From positions 3,530 through 67,529 of IMG/VR virus record IMGVR_UViG_3300009132_000005: a stretch of 64,000 nucleotides of DNA. One strand, given 5' to 3'. A program made the translations under genes and the position numbers. Below, piece after piece: positions 1 to 9,100 of the stretch. The first letter of the stretch is position 1, and each line of letters starts with the position of its first letter. The notes below the pieces were generated by a model. The model saw only the letters and a list, made by a program, of their open reading frames with translations, did no database searches and was not told the DNA's origin. This DNA comes from a virus.

Positions 1-1
1 A

Positions 2-175
2 GATGATCAAGGTCTTGTTGATGAAACAATATTAGAAGCAGGTGATTTTACTATGGTTAAACCAGGTAAGTTCCATCAATTCGAAGGATTAGAAGACGGT
101 GTAGCTTTTGAGTTATACTGGGCTGAGTTTAATCACGATGATATAAATAGAAGAACATCAGGTAAAAAAGTATAA
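2..175 (+). CDS. Cupin-domain protein, 5'-truncated
   Basis: Frame-2 translation DDQGLVDETILEAGDFTMVKPGKFHQFEGLEDGVAFELYW...KKV* matches the cupin motif-2 pattern (GD..VKPG..H). Confidence 0.7.
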   Translation, partial: DDQGLVDETILEAGDFTMVKPGKFHQFEGLEDGVAFELYWAEFNHDDINRRTSGKKV

Positions 176-176
176 A

Positions 177-851
177 ATGAGAAAAAAACCAAAAGGACTT
201 AGAATATTTATAGGCCATGACTCTAGACATCCTATTGCTAGTAGAGTATGTAGACAGTCTATATTAAAATATTATCCAGGAGCTAGCGTTGTACAATTAG
301 ATAAAGCATTATTAAAAGCAAACGGTGTTTATGGTAGAGAAGATGTAGAAGGTGAATCAACAGAGTTTTCTTTTACTAGGTTTTATGTACCTTTATTAAT
401 GCATTATAACGGATATGCTATGTTTTGTGATAATGATTTTTTATGGAGAGTAGATCCTAGAGAAATAACTAGATACTTAGGTGATAAACCTATGGCTGTA
501 GTAAAACATGAAGAATACGAAGCAAAAGAAAATAAAATGGACGGTGTAAAAAACAAAAGTTATCCAAAGAAAAACTGGTCTAGCTTAATGTTGTTTAACT
601 GTTCTAAATTAAAAATGTTAACAAAAGAATATCTTGATAAAGCAACACCAGCTCAACTACATGAGTTTCATTTTTTAAACGAAAAAAATATTGCAGAACT
701 ACCTAAAAGATATAATATGCTAGTAGGTGTAGATAAATGTACAAAAGAAAACTCAAGAGCTTTACATTACACTATGGGTGGACCATGGTTTGATGAATAT
801 AAAAATTGTGAAATGTCTGAGGAATGGTGGAAGATATACGAGACTTTGTAA
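177..851 (+). CDS. Glycosyltransferase, GT-A fold (GT8-like)
   Basis: IFIGHD start, STEFSFTRF, DND (DxD-like) motif, KNWSSLMLFN, YN and LHYTMGGPW motifs. Confidence 0.8.
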   Translation: MRKKPKGLRIFIGHDSRHPIASRVCRQSILKYYPGASVVQLDKALLKANGVYGREDVEGESTEFSFTRFYVPLLMHYNGYAMFCDNDFLWRVDPREITRYLGDKPMAVVKHEEYEAKENKMDGVKNKSYPKKNWSSLMLFNCSKLKMLTKEYLDKATPAQLHEFHFLNEKNIAELPKRYNMLVGVDKCTKENSRALHYTMGGPWFDEYKNCEMSEEWWKIYETL

Positions 852-1630
852 GAAATAAAAAAATAATATTCGTAGGTAATTCTGTAGAGATCATGAAGCA
901 TAAGCTTGCAGATACTATAGATGCCTACGATATTGTTGTTAAGTTCGGTAGAGCTTTACAAGCTACAAAAGAACAAAAAGAATCTTTAGGCCATAGATGT
1001 GATATATGGGTTACAGGGCAGTTTAGAGCACCATGCTATAATAATGTTAAAGATGTTTGGGATAAAGATTTTAAAAATACTAAAGTTATTTTAAATAGAT
1101 GTAGAGGTAATTTTAGATTAAAAGACTGGATATTAGAAGATAGATTACCCAAAGACTTTCCTAAATACACAGAGATGTATACAGATCAACAGCTTGTTGA
1201 TATAATGAAGATGTTTGATAAAGATCTTTATAATCCTAATCACGATAGACCTAGTGCAGGTTTTATTACTTTAATGTGGTTTGTTAATGAAGTTAAAACT
1301 TATAAAAGTATTGATTTAATAGGCTTTGATTTTTTTGCTAAAACAGTTAGTACTCCTGGTTTAAGAGATAAAAGAGGTAGGTTAAGTGCTACAGATCCTC
1401 ATAGTTGGCATTTACCATGTTATGTAATGGCGAAGTCAGCTCATGATAAAGATCTAGAGCAACAGTATGTTTCTTTTTTAGAAAGAAGAGGTGATGTAAA
1501 TTGGATGGTTCTTAGTGATTTAAAAAGTAAATCTTTAAAATATGACGGTTGGATGAAAGGTGAAAAGCTTATTAAGACTAAACCTAGATATTCTAAGGTA
1601 TCAAAAATTTTGCCACGATCTCAGCAATAA
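824..1630 (+). CDS. GT29-like (sialyltransferase-family) glycosyltransferase
   Basis: Sialylmotif-like segments: L (IIFVGNS...IDAYDIVVK..G.RCD), S (PSAG...IDLIGFDF) and VS (AHD...E). Confidence 0.7.
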   Translation: MVEDIRDFVRNKKIIFVGNSVEIMKHKLADTIDAYDIVVKFGRALQATKEQKESLGHRCDIWVTGQFRAPCYNNVKDVWDKDFKNTKVILNRCRGNFRLKDWILEDRLPKDFPKYTEMYTDQQLVDIMKMFDKDLYNPNHDRPSAGFITLMWFVNEVKTYKSIDLIGFDFFAKTVSTPGLRDKRGRLSATDPHSWHLPCYVMAKSAHDKDLEQQYVSFLERRGDVNWMVLSDLKSKSLKYDGWMKGEKLIKTKPRYSKVSKILPRSQQ

Positions 1631-1715
1631 CCTCTATACATAACAATAAAAAAATTGGCAGAATATACTCCCACCAATCATACTTACCATTGTTATTAAA
1701 ATCAAAAAACTTCAT
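1593..1715 (-). CDS. Small membrane protein with an EF-hand-like loop
   Basis: MKFFDFNNNGKYDWWEY followed by a hydrophobic helix. Start moved to the internal Met. Overlaps the convergent GT29 3' end. Confidence 0.45.
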   Translation of the reverse strand: MKFFDFNNNGKYDWWEYILPIFLLLCIEVIAEIVAKFLIP

Positions 1716-1719
1716 GTTT

Positions 1720-2079
1720 TTAACATTTCCATCTTCTTCTAGCAGCTTTACCTCTTTCACCTGTCCAACCTTTTGATCTTGCACAAAATGATTTTCTACG
1801 TTTAGCGGCTTTACTACCAGGTTTAACTTTACCTGTTACTGCTGTTTTTAATTTACTACCAGGATTTTTACGTCTATATTCTTTAACGCCTTTAGCTGTC
1901 ATACCAGCTCCTTCTTTAGTTGTTCTAAAGTTTCTACCTTTACCTTTAGTAGTTTTTCTTACATCAGGTTTCTTTTTTCTTTTCTGTAAAGGAGAGCATG
2001 AGTCACAACTACCTTTTGATTCTCCACAAGTAGGGCAACCAGCTTCTCTATTTTGTAAATGTCTTTTTAACCAGCTCAT
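1720..2079 (-). CDS. Small basic conserved phage protein (DUF6321-like)
   Basis: GAGMTAKGVKEYRRKNPGSKLKTAVT...RRKSFCARS...ARRRWKC, plus N-terminal CxxC/CxxC. Confidence 0.65.
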   Translation of the reverse strand: MSWLKRHLQNREAGCPTCGESKGSCDSCSPLQKRKKKPDVRKTTKGKGRNFRTTKEGAGMTAKGVKEYRRKNPGSKLKTAVTGKVKPGSKAAKRRKSFCARSKGWTGERGKAARRRWKC

Positions 2080-2082
2080 AAT

Positions 2083-2457
2083 TTATTCTCCACATTTTTT
2101 ACTAGGGTCATCAACTCTTCTCCAGTCTTCTTTTTTAAACCAGTCTCTGAGTGTAGCTCCTTTTTTACGAGCGCCCTTTACGTTAGTTTTTGATGATCTT
2201 CTATACTTACCTTTAGATCCAGCTGATTTTTTAGCGTTAACTAATTTTTTTCTAGCTTCTGGACTTAAACTTCTTATTTTAGCTATAGGTAAACAGGTTT
2301 TAGTTGTACCACCACCTTTTTGTTTTTTCTTTTTAGCAGGTGAGTTTTTCTTACAGCTACCAGACGTAAATGCTTTTTTACCAGGCACAGGAGAATATCC
2401 AGGCCAACATCTACCTTTTTTCTTTTTAAATAAAGGTGATGGTAACTCGAAACTCAT
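2083..2457 (-). CDS. Small basic phage protein
   Basis: Lys-rich. Contains CWPGY...GSC, TCLP and LRDWFKKEDW...CG segments typical of marine phage basic proteins. Confidence 0.65.
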   Translation of the reverse strand: MSFELPSPLFKKKKGRCWPGYSPVPGKKAFTSGSCKKNSPAKKKKQKGGGTTKTCLPIAKIRSLSPEARKKLVNAKKSAGSKGKYRRSSKTNVKGARKKGATLRDWFKKEDWRRVDDPSKKCGE

Positions 2458-2654
2458 TTTTTATAACAACCTTTTTTTGCTGGTGATTTTTTCTTACCAC
2501 CACCAAAGTTAGCAGGTCCACCAGCCTTTGTACATCTTACTCCCCAACCGGAAGCATAAGCACTAGGCCAAACCTTGAATTTTCTTTTTGCTGCAGCTTT
2601 ACAAGCAGAGCTTATTTTTTTTAAAGGTGCGCCAGAGTGTATAGGATTAATCAT
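2454..2654 (-). CDS. Small basic phage protein
   Basis: ACKAAAKRKFKVWPSAYASG..VRC. Likely start MINPIH, which removes the long overlap with the upstream gene. Confidence 0.6.
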   Translation of the reverse strand: MINPIHSGAPLKKISSACKAAAKRKFKVWPSAYASGWGVRCTKAGGPANFGGGKKKSPAKKGCYKK

Positions 2655-3021
2655 TTTTTCTAGGATTAACAGGTATAGCTGGCGGACTAACATTAGGTGT
2701 TGGTCTAGGAGCATTTACCTGTATAGGTTTATTATTGTTATTACTATTATTGTTATTGTTGTTTATAGGTTTACCACCATTGCTAGGCGTATAAACAGGG
2801 TATGGGTTGTGATGATAATAAGGTCTATACCAATTATAATCATAACCGTAATTTATAATTCTGTAATTTACAGGTCTTATAGCATCAATAGGTATTTGTA
2901 AGGTATCACCTGTTTGAGTAATAGCTAAGACATGTGTTATTTGTAATTTAGGTTTTGGTTGTACTGAACAACTAGTTACAAGTACAGCTACCGCAAAAAG
3001 GGCAATTTTCCATAGTTTCAT
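2647..3021 (-). CDS. Lipoprotein with Pro/Asn-rich tail (o-spanin-like candidate)
   Basis: Signal peptide with lipobox VTSC. Lies immediately downstream of the endolysin. Confidence 0.55.
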   Translation of the reverse strand: MKLWKIALFAVAVLVTSCSVQPKPKLQITHVLAITQTGDTLQIPIDAIRPVNYRIINYGYDYNWYRPYYHHNPYPVYTPSNGGKPINNNNNNSNNNNKPIQVNAPRPTPNVSPPAIPVNPRKND

Positions 3022-3488
3022 TATATTAGTTTGTAAAATGTTTTTCTTGAACCTTCTTTTCTATAAGCTAACAAACACCTGTTTCTATTTTCTTCAGGTG
3101 ATACATAACTTACATGTACCCAGTCTGGGTTTTGATCTGTACCAAATTCCCATATCATCTGATCATAATCTAAGTTAGCTTTAATCCAATCGTACATAGC
3201 TTTATTACTTGCATGTCCATATGTATCGTCTATATCGATAGCTTGGCCCTTGCAATGTTGTGAGGCTATACTTCCACCAATAGCTTTATTAAGTTGAGGT
3301 CCACGATAAAACGAATTTATCTTTATAGGACCACCCACGTGCATTCTAAGAGGTTCAAATACTTTTTCTGCAACTAGCTTCATACTTGCTAAATGCTCTT
3401 CAGTAGGGTTGTTTTCTAAACCCAACCTATTAGCTGTTTGGCTGTATGTAGCTTCTTTATAGCTAACGTGTTTACTTATTTTATCCAT
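3021..3488 (-). CDS. Endolysin, peptidase M15 (Zn D-Ala-D-Ala peptidase fold)
   Basis: INSFYR..LN.AIGG...SQHCKGQAIDI and WVHVS Zn-ligand motifs. Confidence 0.88.
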   Translation of the reverse strand: MDKISKHVSYKEATYSQTANRLGLENNPTEEHLASMKLVAEKVFEPLRMHVGGPIKINSFYRGPQLNKAIGGSIASQHCKGQAIDIDDTYGHASNKAMYDWIKANLDYDQMIWEFGTDQNPDWVHVSYVSPEENRNRCLLAYRKEGSRKTFYKLI

Positions 3489-3628
3489 TATTTTTTTAAT
3501 GCTTTTTTAACAGCTTTAGCTTTTGCTTGTATTTTTAAAGCTTTAGCTATTATAATATCATCAACAGTAGTTTTACTCCAAAGTAAAACCCACATATCTT
3601 TCCAGTATTCTTTAGTTAATTTCCACAT
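3488..3628 (-). CDS. 46-aa cationic amphipathic peptide (not in ORF track)
   Basis: MWKLTKEYWKDMWVLLWSKTTVDDIIIAKALKIQAKAKAVKKALKK*. Its stop overlaps the endolysin ATG (TAATG) and it fills the gap exactly. Confidence 0.65.
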   Translation of the reverse strand: MWKLTKEYWKDMWVLLWSKTTVDDIIIAKALKIQAKAKAVKKALKK

Positions 3629-3632
3629 AATT

Positions 3633-3938
3633 TTATTTTTTCTTTTTTATTTTTTTTATAATATAATTTACAACTATTCCACCTAAAGTAGTAGCCGCTA
3701 AATCTAACGCATCAAACTTACCATACTTTATATAATCAAAAGTTTCTTTTGCAAAACCTGCTGCAAACGCAGATCCTGGTGGTAAATCTAATTCGTGACC
3801 AACATATTCTGAAACTACACCAGCTCCAAAATGATAGTATTTATCTTTGCCTATAGGCTGTGCACTAGCACAACCCGCAATAACCGTTACAAATAGGACA
3901 CATAATATTCTAAAATTTACTTGCTTGATTAATTTCAT
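3633..3938 (-). CDS. Membrane/lipoprotein (DKxxH family)
   Basis: Lipobox-like IAGC. DKYYHF..G, KE..D and DL.A...G motifs with hydrophobic helices. Confidence 0.55.
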   Translation of the reverse strand: MKLIKQVNFRILCVLFVTVIAGCASAQPIGKDKYYHFGAGVVSEYVGHELDLPPGSAFAAGFAKETFDYIKYGKFDALDLAATTLGGIVVNYIIKKIKKKK

Positions 3939-4329
3939 TTATTGTTTTCTGTATTTCTTCTAAGTCTGTAGGTAGCTCCAAGTCTAAACCTGCTTTCCAA
4001 ACTGCTTCTTTTATACCATCTTTAAATAGTATAATAGTAGGTGCCATACGTACCCTGTGTTTTTTCTTTGCATTAGGTGCTTTAGCTATATCAACTCTAT
4101 AATAAGTTGCGTCTTGTAATTGTTCCCACTCAGCAAAACAATTTGCTTCATTGAATTTAGCCCAAAATTCTACAATAACAGGTTTTGAGTCATCATCACC
4201 AAAAGCGCTCTTTGCGTTTATTTTATTTTCAAACTCATTGTCGTCTAACCAAAATTTTTCTGGCACATCAACTTGAGCAAACGTTATAAACGGTGTTAAA
4301 ATTAAAATTAAAATTAAAATATTTTTCAT
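3910..4329 (-). CDS. Secreted thioredoxin-fold protein lacking CxxC
   Basis: Signal peptide; PVIVEFWAKFN, YRVDI, VRMAPTIILFKDG. Confidence 0.65.
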   Translation of the reverse strand: MKNILILILILTPFITFAQVDVPEKFWLDDNEFENKINAKSAFGDDDSKPVIVEFWAKFNEANCFAEWEQLQDATYYRVDIAKAPNAKKKHRVRMAPTIILFKDGIKEAVWKAGLDLELPTDLEEIQKTINEINQASKF

Positions 4330-4613
4330 TATCTTCTTTGTTGTAATTCATAGAGTCTTTCATCTATTTTATCTAACTGATCTTTCATTGCTTCAACATC
4401 ATCTTGAGTATCTAATATTGTCTGACGAATCAACTCGTCTTTTAAATCATATTCAACTCTATCAATAACTGGAGCAGGTAGTTCTTTAGCAAGCGCTATA
4501 TCTGATTGTAAAGTAAACCACATTGTGGCTAGTGCAAAAACACCTGCTATTACCATACCTATAGTTTTTAAATCTATTGTTACTTTAGTTTCTTCTGATA
4601 TTTGTTTTGCCAT
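4329..4613 (-). CDS. Single-TM coiled-coil protein
   Basis: N-terminal TM helix and C-terminal heptads. Resembles its neighbour. Confidence 0.6.
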   Translation of the reverse strand: MAKQISEETKVTIDLKTIGMVIAGVFALATMWFTLQSDIALAKELPAPVIDRVEYDLKDELIRQTILDTQDDVEAMKDQLDKIDERLYELQQRR

Positions 4614-4615
4614 GA

Positions 4616-4930
4616 CTATTTTTTAGCGTTATCTATTTCTAACGCTTTAACAACATACTTTAGTTGTTCTACGTCATCTTGTAAATATTGTATTCTTAAA
4701 TCTTGCTTTGCATCATCTGGTAATGCACCCATTTCTCCACGTGGCCATTTAATTCTAAACTCTTCATTAAGTGCAACAGCATCTTGCATTCTAATTACGT
4801 CTAATTGTAATTGTGATATTTCAGCTGTTAAAGTAAACCAAACACTAGCTATTGATACGATACCAACAACCGCTCCGATTACCGCTTTTATATCTAATGA
4901 TACTTTTGATTTTTCTGATATTTCGCTCAT
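4616..4930 (-). CDS. Single-TM coiled-coil protein (paralog-like of 4329-4613)
   Basis: Shared pattern ISE..KV..D.K...WFTL...I. Confidence 0.6.
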   Translation of the reverse strand: MSEISEKSKVSLDIKAVIGAVVGIVSIASVWFTLTAEISQLQLDVIRMQDAVALNEEFRIKWPRGEMGALPDDAKQDLRIQYLQDDVEQLKYVVKALEIDNAKK

Positions 4931-6138
4931 TATCTAAATGTAAAATTAACCCCGAAGTTTGAGTTAAATATTTTTGAGTCCCAAAATTTAGTATATTCAC
5001 CTTCAACAAATATACCAATTGCTTTACTAACTTTCCAACCAAAAACTAAACCAGCTTGGTAGTCGTCCCATTGTTCACCTTCTAATAAATCATTATGTCC
5101 ACCTTTGCCCCAGCTGTTTCTGTGAAGATAGCTAAAGTCTTCATTACCTCTCACATACTTGTGATAAGGTAGTATGTAATTTCCGTATGCATGTAGCCAG
5201 AAATTAGCTTTATAATGATAGAAGTCAAAACCGACGATAGGTGCAACTTCAGCAAAAGGCTCTAATTCAGCCCAAGCTTCTTCATTGAAACGATTCATCA
5301 ATTCAAAAAATACATCATCTCTAAACTGTAGATCTGTATAAGCAACTATTTCACCACCAGCATCTACCCAATACCAATCACTAGTTTCAACACCATTTTC
5401 GTCAGTTGATGTATAATATATATCATCATATCCATATAAAAACCCTAATGAATACCATGGATTAGCTGGATATTCAAATGACTGACCTGTATTAGGATCT
5501 GTCCATGTTTCTATTTCATTTAACCATATTTCAATTGGGTTATATCCGTAAGGTTGTTGGTGAGTTCTATATATTGCACCAGCAGATATACTAAACTTCT
5601 TACCAATAGGCAACCTGGCTCTTATTTCACCAGATGTATATTCAAAACCTACATTACCTTGTTCTCTAGCTTCAAACTTACCAATATGATATTTACCTGT
5701 ATGTCTTACAAATAATCTTTTATTAGTAAATTCTTCACCATCTTTTCTTTCTTTTTCCCAATGTAATAGATATTCTAGCCCTTTTACAGCTGAAGTTGGT
5801 GCTGATAAAGCTATTTGTTTTTCAACTTTTTGATCACCTGTCCAGAAAGTTCCAGGCTTAGTTTCATAATCAAACCTAGCTAGTTTACGTATACCGAAGC
5901 CATATCTATAATCATATGGGTGATAGACTGTCTCGTCTACAACTTCTGGTATTGCATATAAATCATCTGGGTTTGTTCTAACGAAGTACTCTTTGTTTTC
6001 CATTTTAGCATTACCTACATTACCGGCAGCATAAAATGTACCATATTTTAAGAAGTCATTATATACTTCTTTAAAAAAGCTTTGCCCTATAGAATTAAAG
6101 CTAACTAATAAACATAGTATTGTTATTATTTTTTTCAT
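4930..6138 (-). CDS. Secreted, probable outer-membrane beta-barrel protein
   Basis: Sec signal peptide, aromatic-rich alternating strands, C-terminus NFGVNFTFR resembling a beta-signal. Confidence 0.55.
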   Translation of the reverse strand: MKKIITILCLLVSFNSIGQSFFKEVYNDFLKYGTFYAAGNVGNAKMENKEYFVRTNPDDLYAIPEVVDETVYHPYDYRYGFGIRKLARFDYETKPGTFWTGDQKVEKQIALSAPTSAVKGLEYLLHWEKERKDGEEFTNKRLFVRHTGKYHIGKFEAREQGNVGFEYTSGEIRARLPIGKKFSISAGAIYRTHQQPYGYNPIEIWLNEIETWTDPNTGQSFEYPANPWYSLGFLYGYDDIYYTSTDENGVETSDWYWVDAGGEIVAYTDLQFRDDVFFELMNRFNEEAWAELEPFAEVAPIVGFDFYHYKANFWLHAYGNYILPYHKYVRGNEDFSYLHRNSWGKGGHNDLLEGEQWDDYQAGLVFGWKVSKAIGIFVEGEYTKFWDSKIFNSNFGVNFTFR

Positions 6139-6186
6139 AGTTAAGTGAACGGTTTATATATTATTATTACTTGTTTTAAGAGTTTT

Positions 6187-9100
6187 TTAGTTATCAAAAG
6201 CTGCAAAAGGATCTTTCTTTTTATTTTTTTCGTCTCTTTTCTTTTGTTTTTTATCTAAATCAATAAATATCTGCATAAGATCTTCTTCTTCGTTTTTAGC
6301 ACCTACATCCCAGGTTCTCCAACCTAATGCTAATGCTATTCTTTGCCAAGCTCTATTTCTACTATCAGTAGCTTCAACTATACCATCAAGTTCACTAACA
6401 ACTCTGTCTAATGGCAAGTTAAGGAAAGCAGAAGCTAAATTACCTATTATTTCATAAGAAGGTGCTAGATTTATTCTACCATCAGCTGTTATTTCAAATC
6501 CTCTTTCTTCTAATAAATCTCTATTAAATTTTCTAGTTTGTATTGCACTGTAAACTTTTCTTGCTTTTGATCCAATAGGTGGTGAAATGTTTAGTAACTC
6601 TATTAATGTATAAGTATGATCTGCTCTAAATCCTTTAGCATCTTGTTTCTGATACTGCATTATAGCATTTTTTATAGTTGACACAACAGCACCTTTTAGA
6701 CCAGATCCTCTAAGTAACGTATCTATCATGTTATTTATCTGTCTAGCTTTTTTAGCATTTTCACTTTCTATTTGTTTCATTAAATCATCTTTTTCATCAC
6801 CTTCGAAACCTGGTAACAAACCAAACATAGCGTTTTGTAAAAATGTAAATATAAAGTTTTGTATAGCTCCATAGTAAACTATTTTACTAACATTTGTAAA
6901 ATCACTTTGAAGTTGTGTCATACCTTCATATTTTTGTCTTCTAATTAACATAGTACCAGCTTTATTTTGTAACCTAACCATTTGTTGTGTTACGTTTTGA
7001 AAAGCTAATACTAATCTACCTAATGGACTTGCTTGTTCTTGAGATATTAAAGCTGGATCACCAGACTGTTGTGTTTTTTCTGCTATTTCAGAAAAATCAT
7101 CAAAAGCTTTTTGTTTAGCTTCAGCATCTGTTAAACCTTGTTTCTTATATGTATTAAACCTGTTTCTATAAAATGGAGCACCACCTGCAGCGATAGCAAA
7201 GTTATCCATTAATTGTGTAGGTGTAAAACCTATTTGTAATAAATATGATATAGCTGAGTTAAATCTATTTTTTGAGTTTTTTGCAGCGTTAGCTATTTCT
7301 TGCCATTGTAAATCTGTTTGTAAACCTCTTCTTCTTTGTTTAAGTTTAGGAGAGTTCCATATCATAGCAAAGTCTTGCCAAAACTGAGGTTGATTACCAT
7401 AAGCTATAGCAGCTTTTAAAGGGTTGTTATCAGACCAGTTAACAAAATTTATAAATGATATACCCTGTAGTAAAGCTGATCTTCTGTTAAAGAACATTAT
7501 TGTACCAACAGAGTTATTAACCCAGTTAAGCCAAGCGTTTGTTGTTGCGTTAGCACCGCTAGGTCTATTAGTACCATTTTCCATTCTCCATAAAGCATCT
7601 TTTAGCGCATCAACATATGTTGAACCATATATAGCTTCAAGCTTATTAAACACGTCTGGTGTAAATGTTGCTTCTATAACTTTTAACCAGTCTTCTAAAA
7701 ATCTTTTTCTACCAACTTTTCTTGTTAAGTTATCTAGATCAGCAAGAACACTATTCATTTCCCAACCATCTTTTGGTGCAGGATATACACCATCTTTACC
7801 ACTACCTATGTTTTGTATTGCATCAGCATATTGTTTTAATCTAGGATCTGAATTTATTTCTTTTAATATACTATTTAAATCTCTTTTAGATATACCAGGT
7901 ATATTTTGACCTTGTTTATTATATATATAAACTCTTATACCTTGGTCGTAAGTAAAATTACCGTTCTGCATTAATTTAGTTAGCTTATCACTTTCAGCTT
8001 TGTAGTTTTTATTTAATTTTTTAAAATCACTTATTATAGAAGTTTTAGCTATATTAATAGCATCAACAGCTTTCATATAAGGTTTAAATAAATTATTTTG
8101 TAACCAAGCTAAATCTTTACTACCTTGTTCACCTTTACCAGCCATGTAATATAACAAGCCTTCAAAATCTTGTGCTGTAGAAGGTAGTATATAAAACTTA
8201 GACTGTTTACCTTTTCTTTGTGCAACAACTCTCGAGAATCTAGCATCTTTTGAAACACCACTTTGATGTGCTATTATTTCGTTTATTTTATCTTCGTAAT
8301 TAATAGATTCACTAAACGCTAGTTCAACTCTACCTTTTACATCAACATCTTTTAATGCGTCTTTTACTGCTTTTATATTTTTGATAGCATCGTCAGCAAA
8401 ATAAAAATCATTATAACCTTCACCAACTTTATTAATTATCCAGTCAGCTTTTGCTTGTGGTCTACCATCTTCTAAACCAGTTATATTTTCTATAGGTATG
8501 TTTAAGCCAATACCTTTTAAAAACGCGTGTATAGCATACGCAGCTTCTTGTGGTCTTGCTGTTAAAACAAATATATCACCACTACCAAACTTACCTTGAC
8601 GTTTTAATGCTAAATCAGCTAATGGACCTTTTTTACCATCGATAACTTTATTAAATTCACTAAAATCAAACTTAGCTCCTGCAGCTTCTAGATCAGCAGA
8701 TTCTAAAGCAAACTCAGTAGCATTTATTCTTCTCTTGCTGCCATCAGGCATTGTAACACCTACCTTGCTGTTAGATTTTGCTAGTGTATCATCAAAATCA
8801 AAAACACTTATACCTTTTCTTTTACCAGATAAACTATTAGCCATTTCTAAAGTATTTCTAGCGTTTTTAGTTTTCTTTTGCTCTACCTTTAATTTTATAT
8901 CGTCTTCTCTTTGTTTTATTAAAGTTTCTGCTGGTTTCATGTCAAATGTAAATACTTGACTTGGGTTAGGATATAATCTAATTCTTAAATCTTTATTAGG
9001 GTTATTTTTGCCAAATACATCTACAAAATCTAATTGAGATCTGTTACCTATCCATTGATCATGATATTCTAGTATATCATCTATAGCTTCATCTAAAGCT

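Noticed and set aside
8780-8815. DFDD in the giant protein as a crAss-type virion RNA polymerase catalytic loop
   Set aside because: The context VFDFDDTL...LTAR...K...FADD is a full HAD signature, and no DxDxD polymerase loop was seen.
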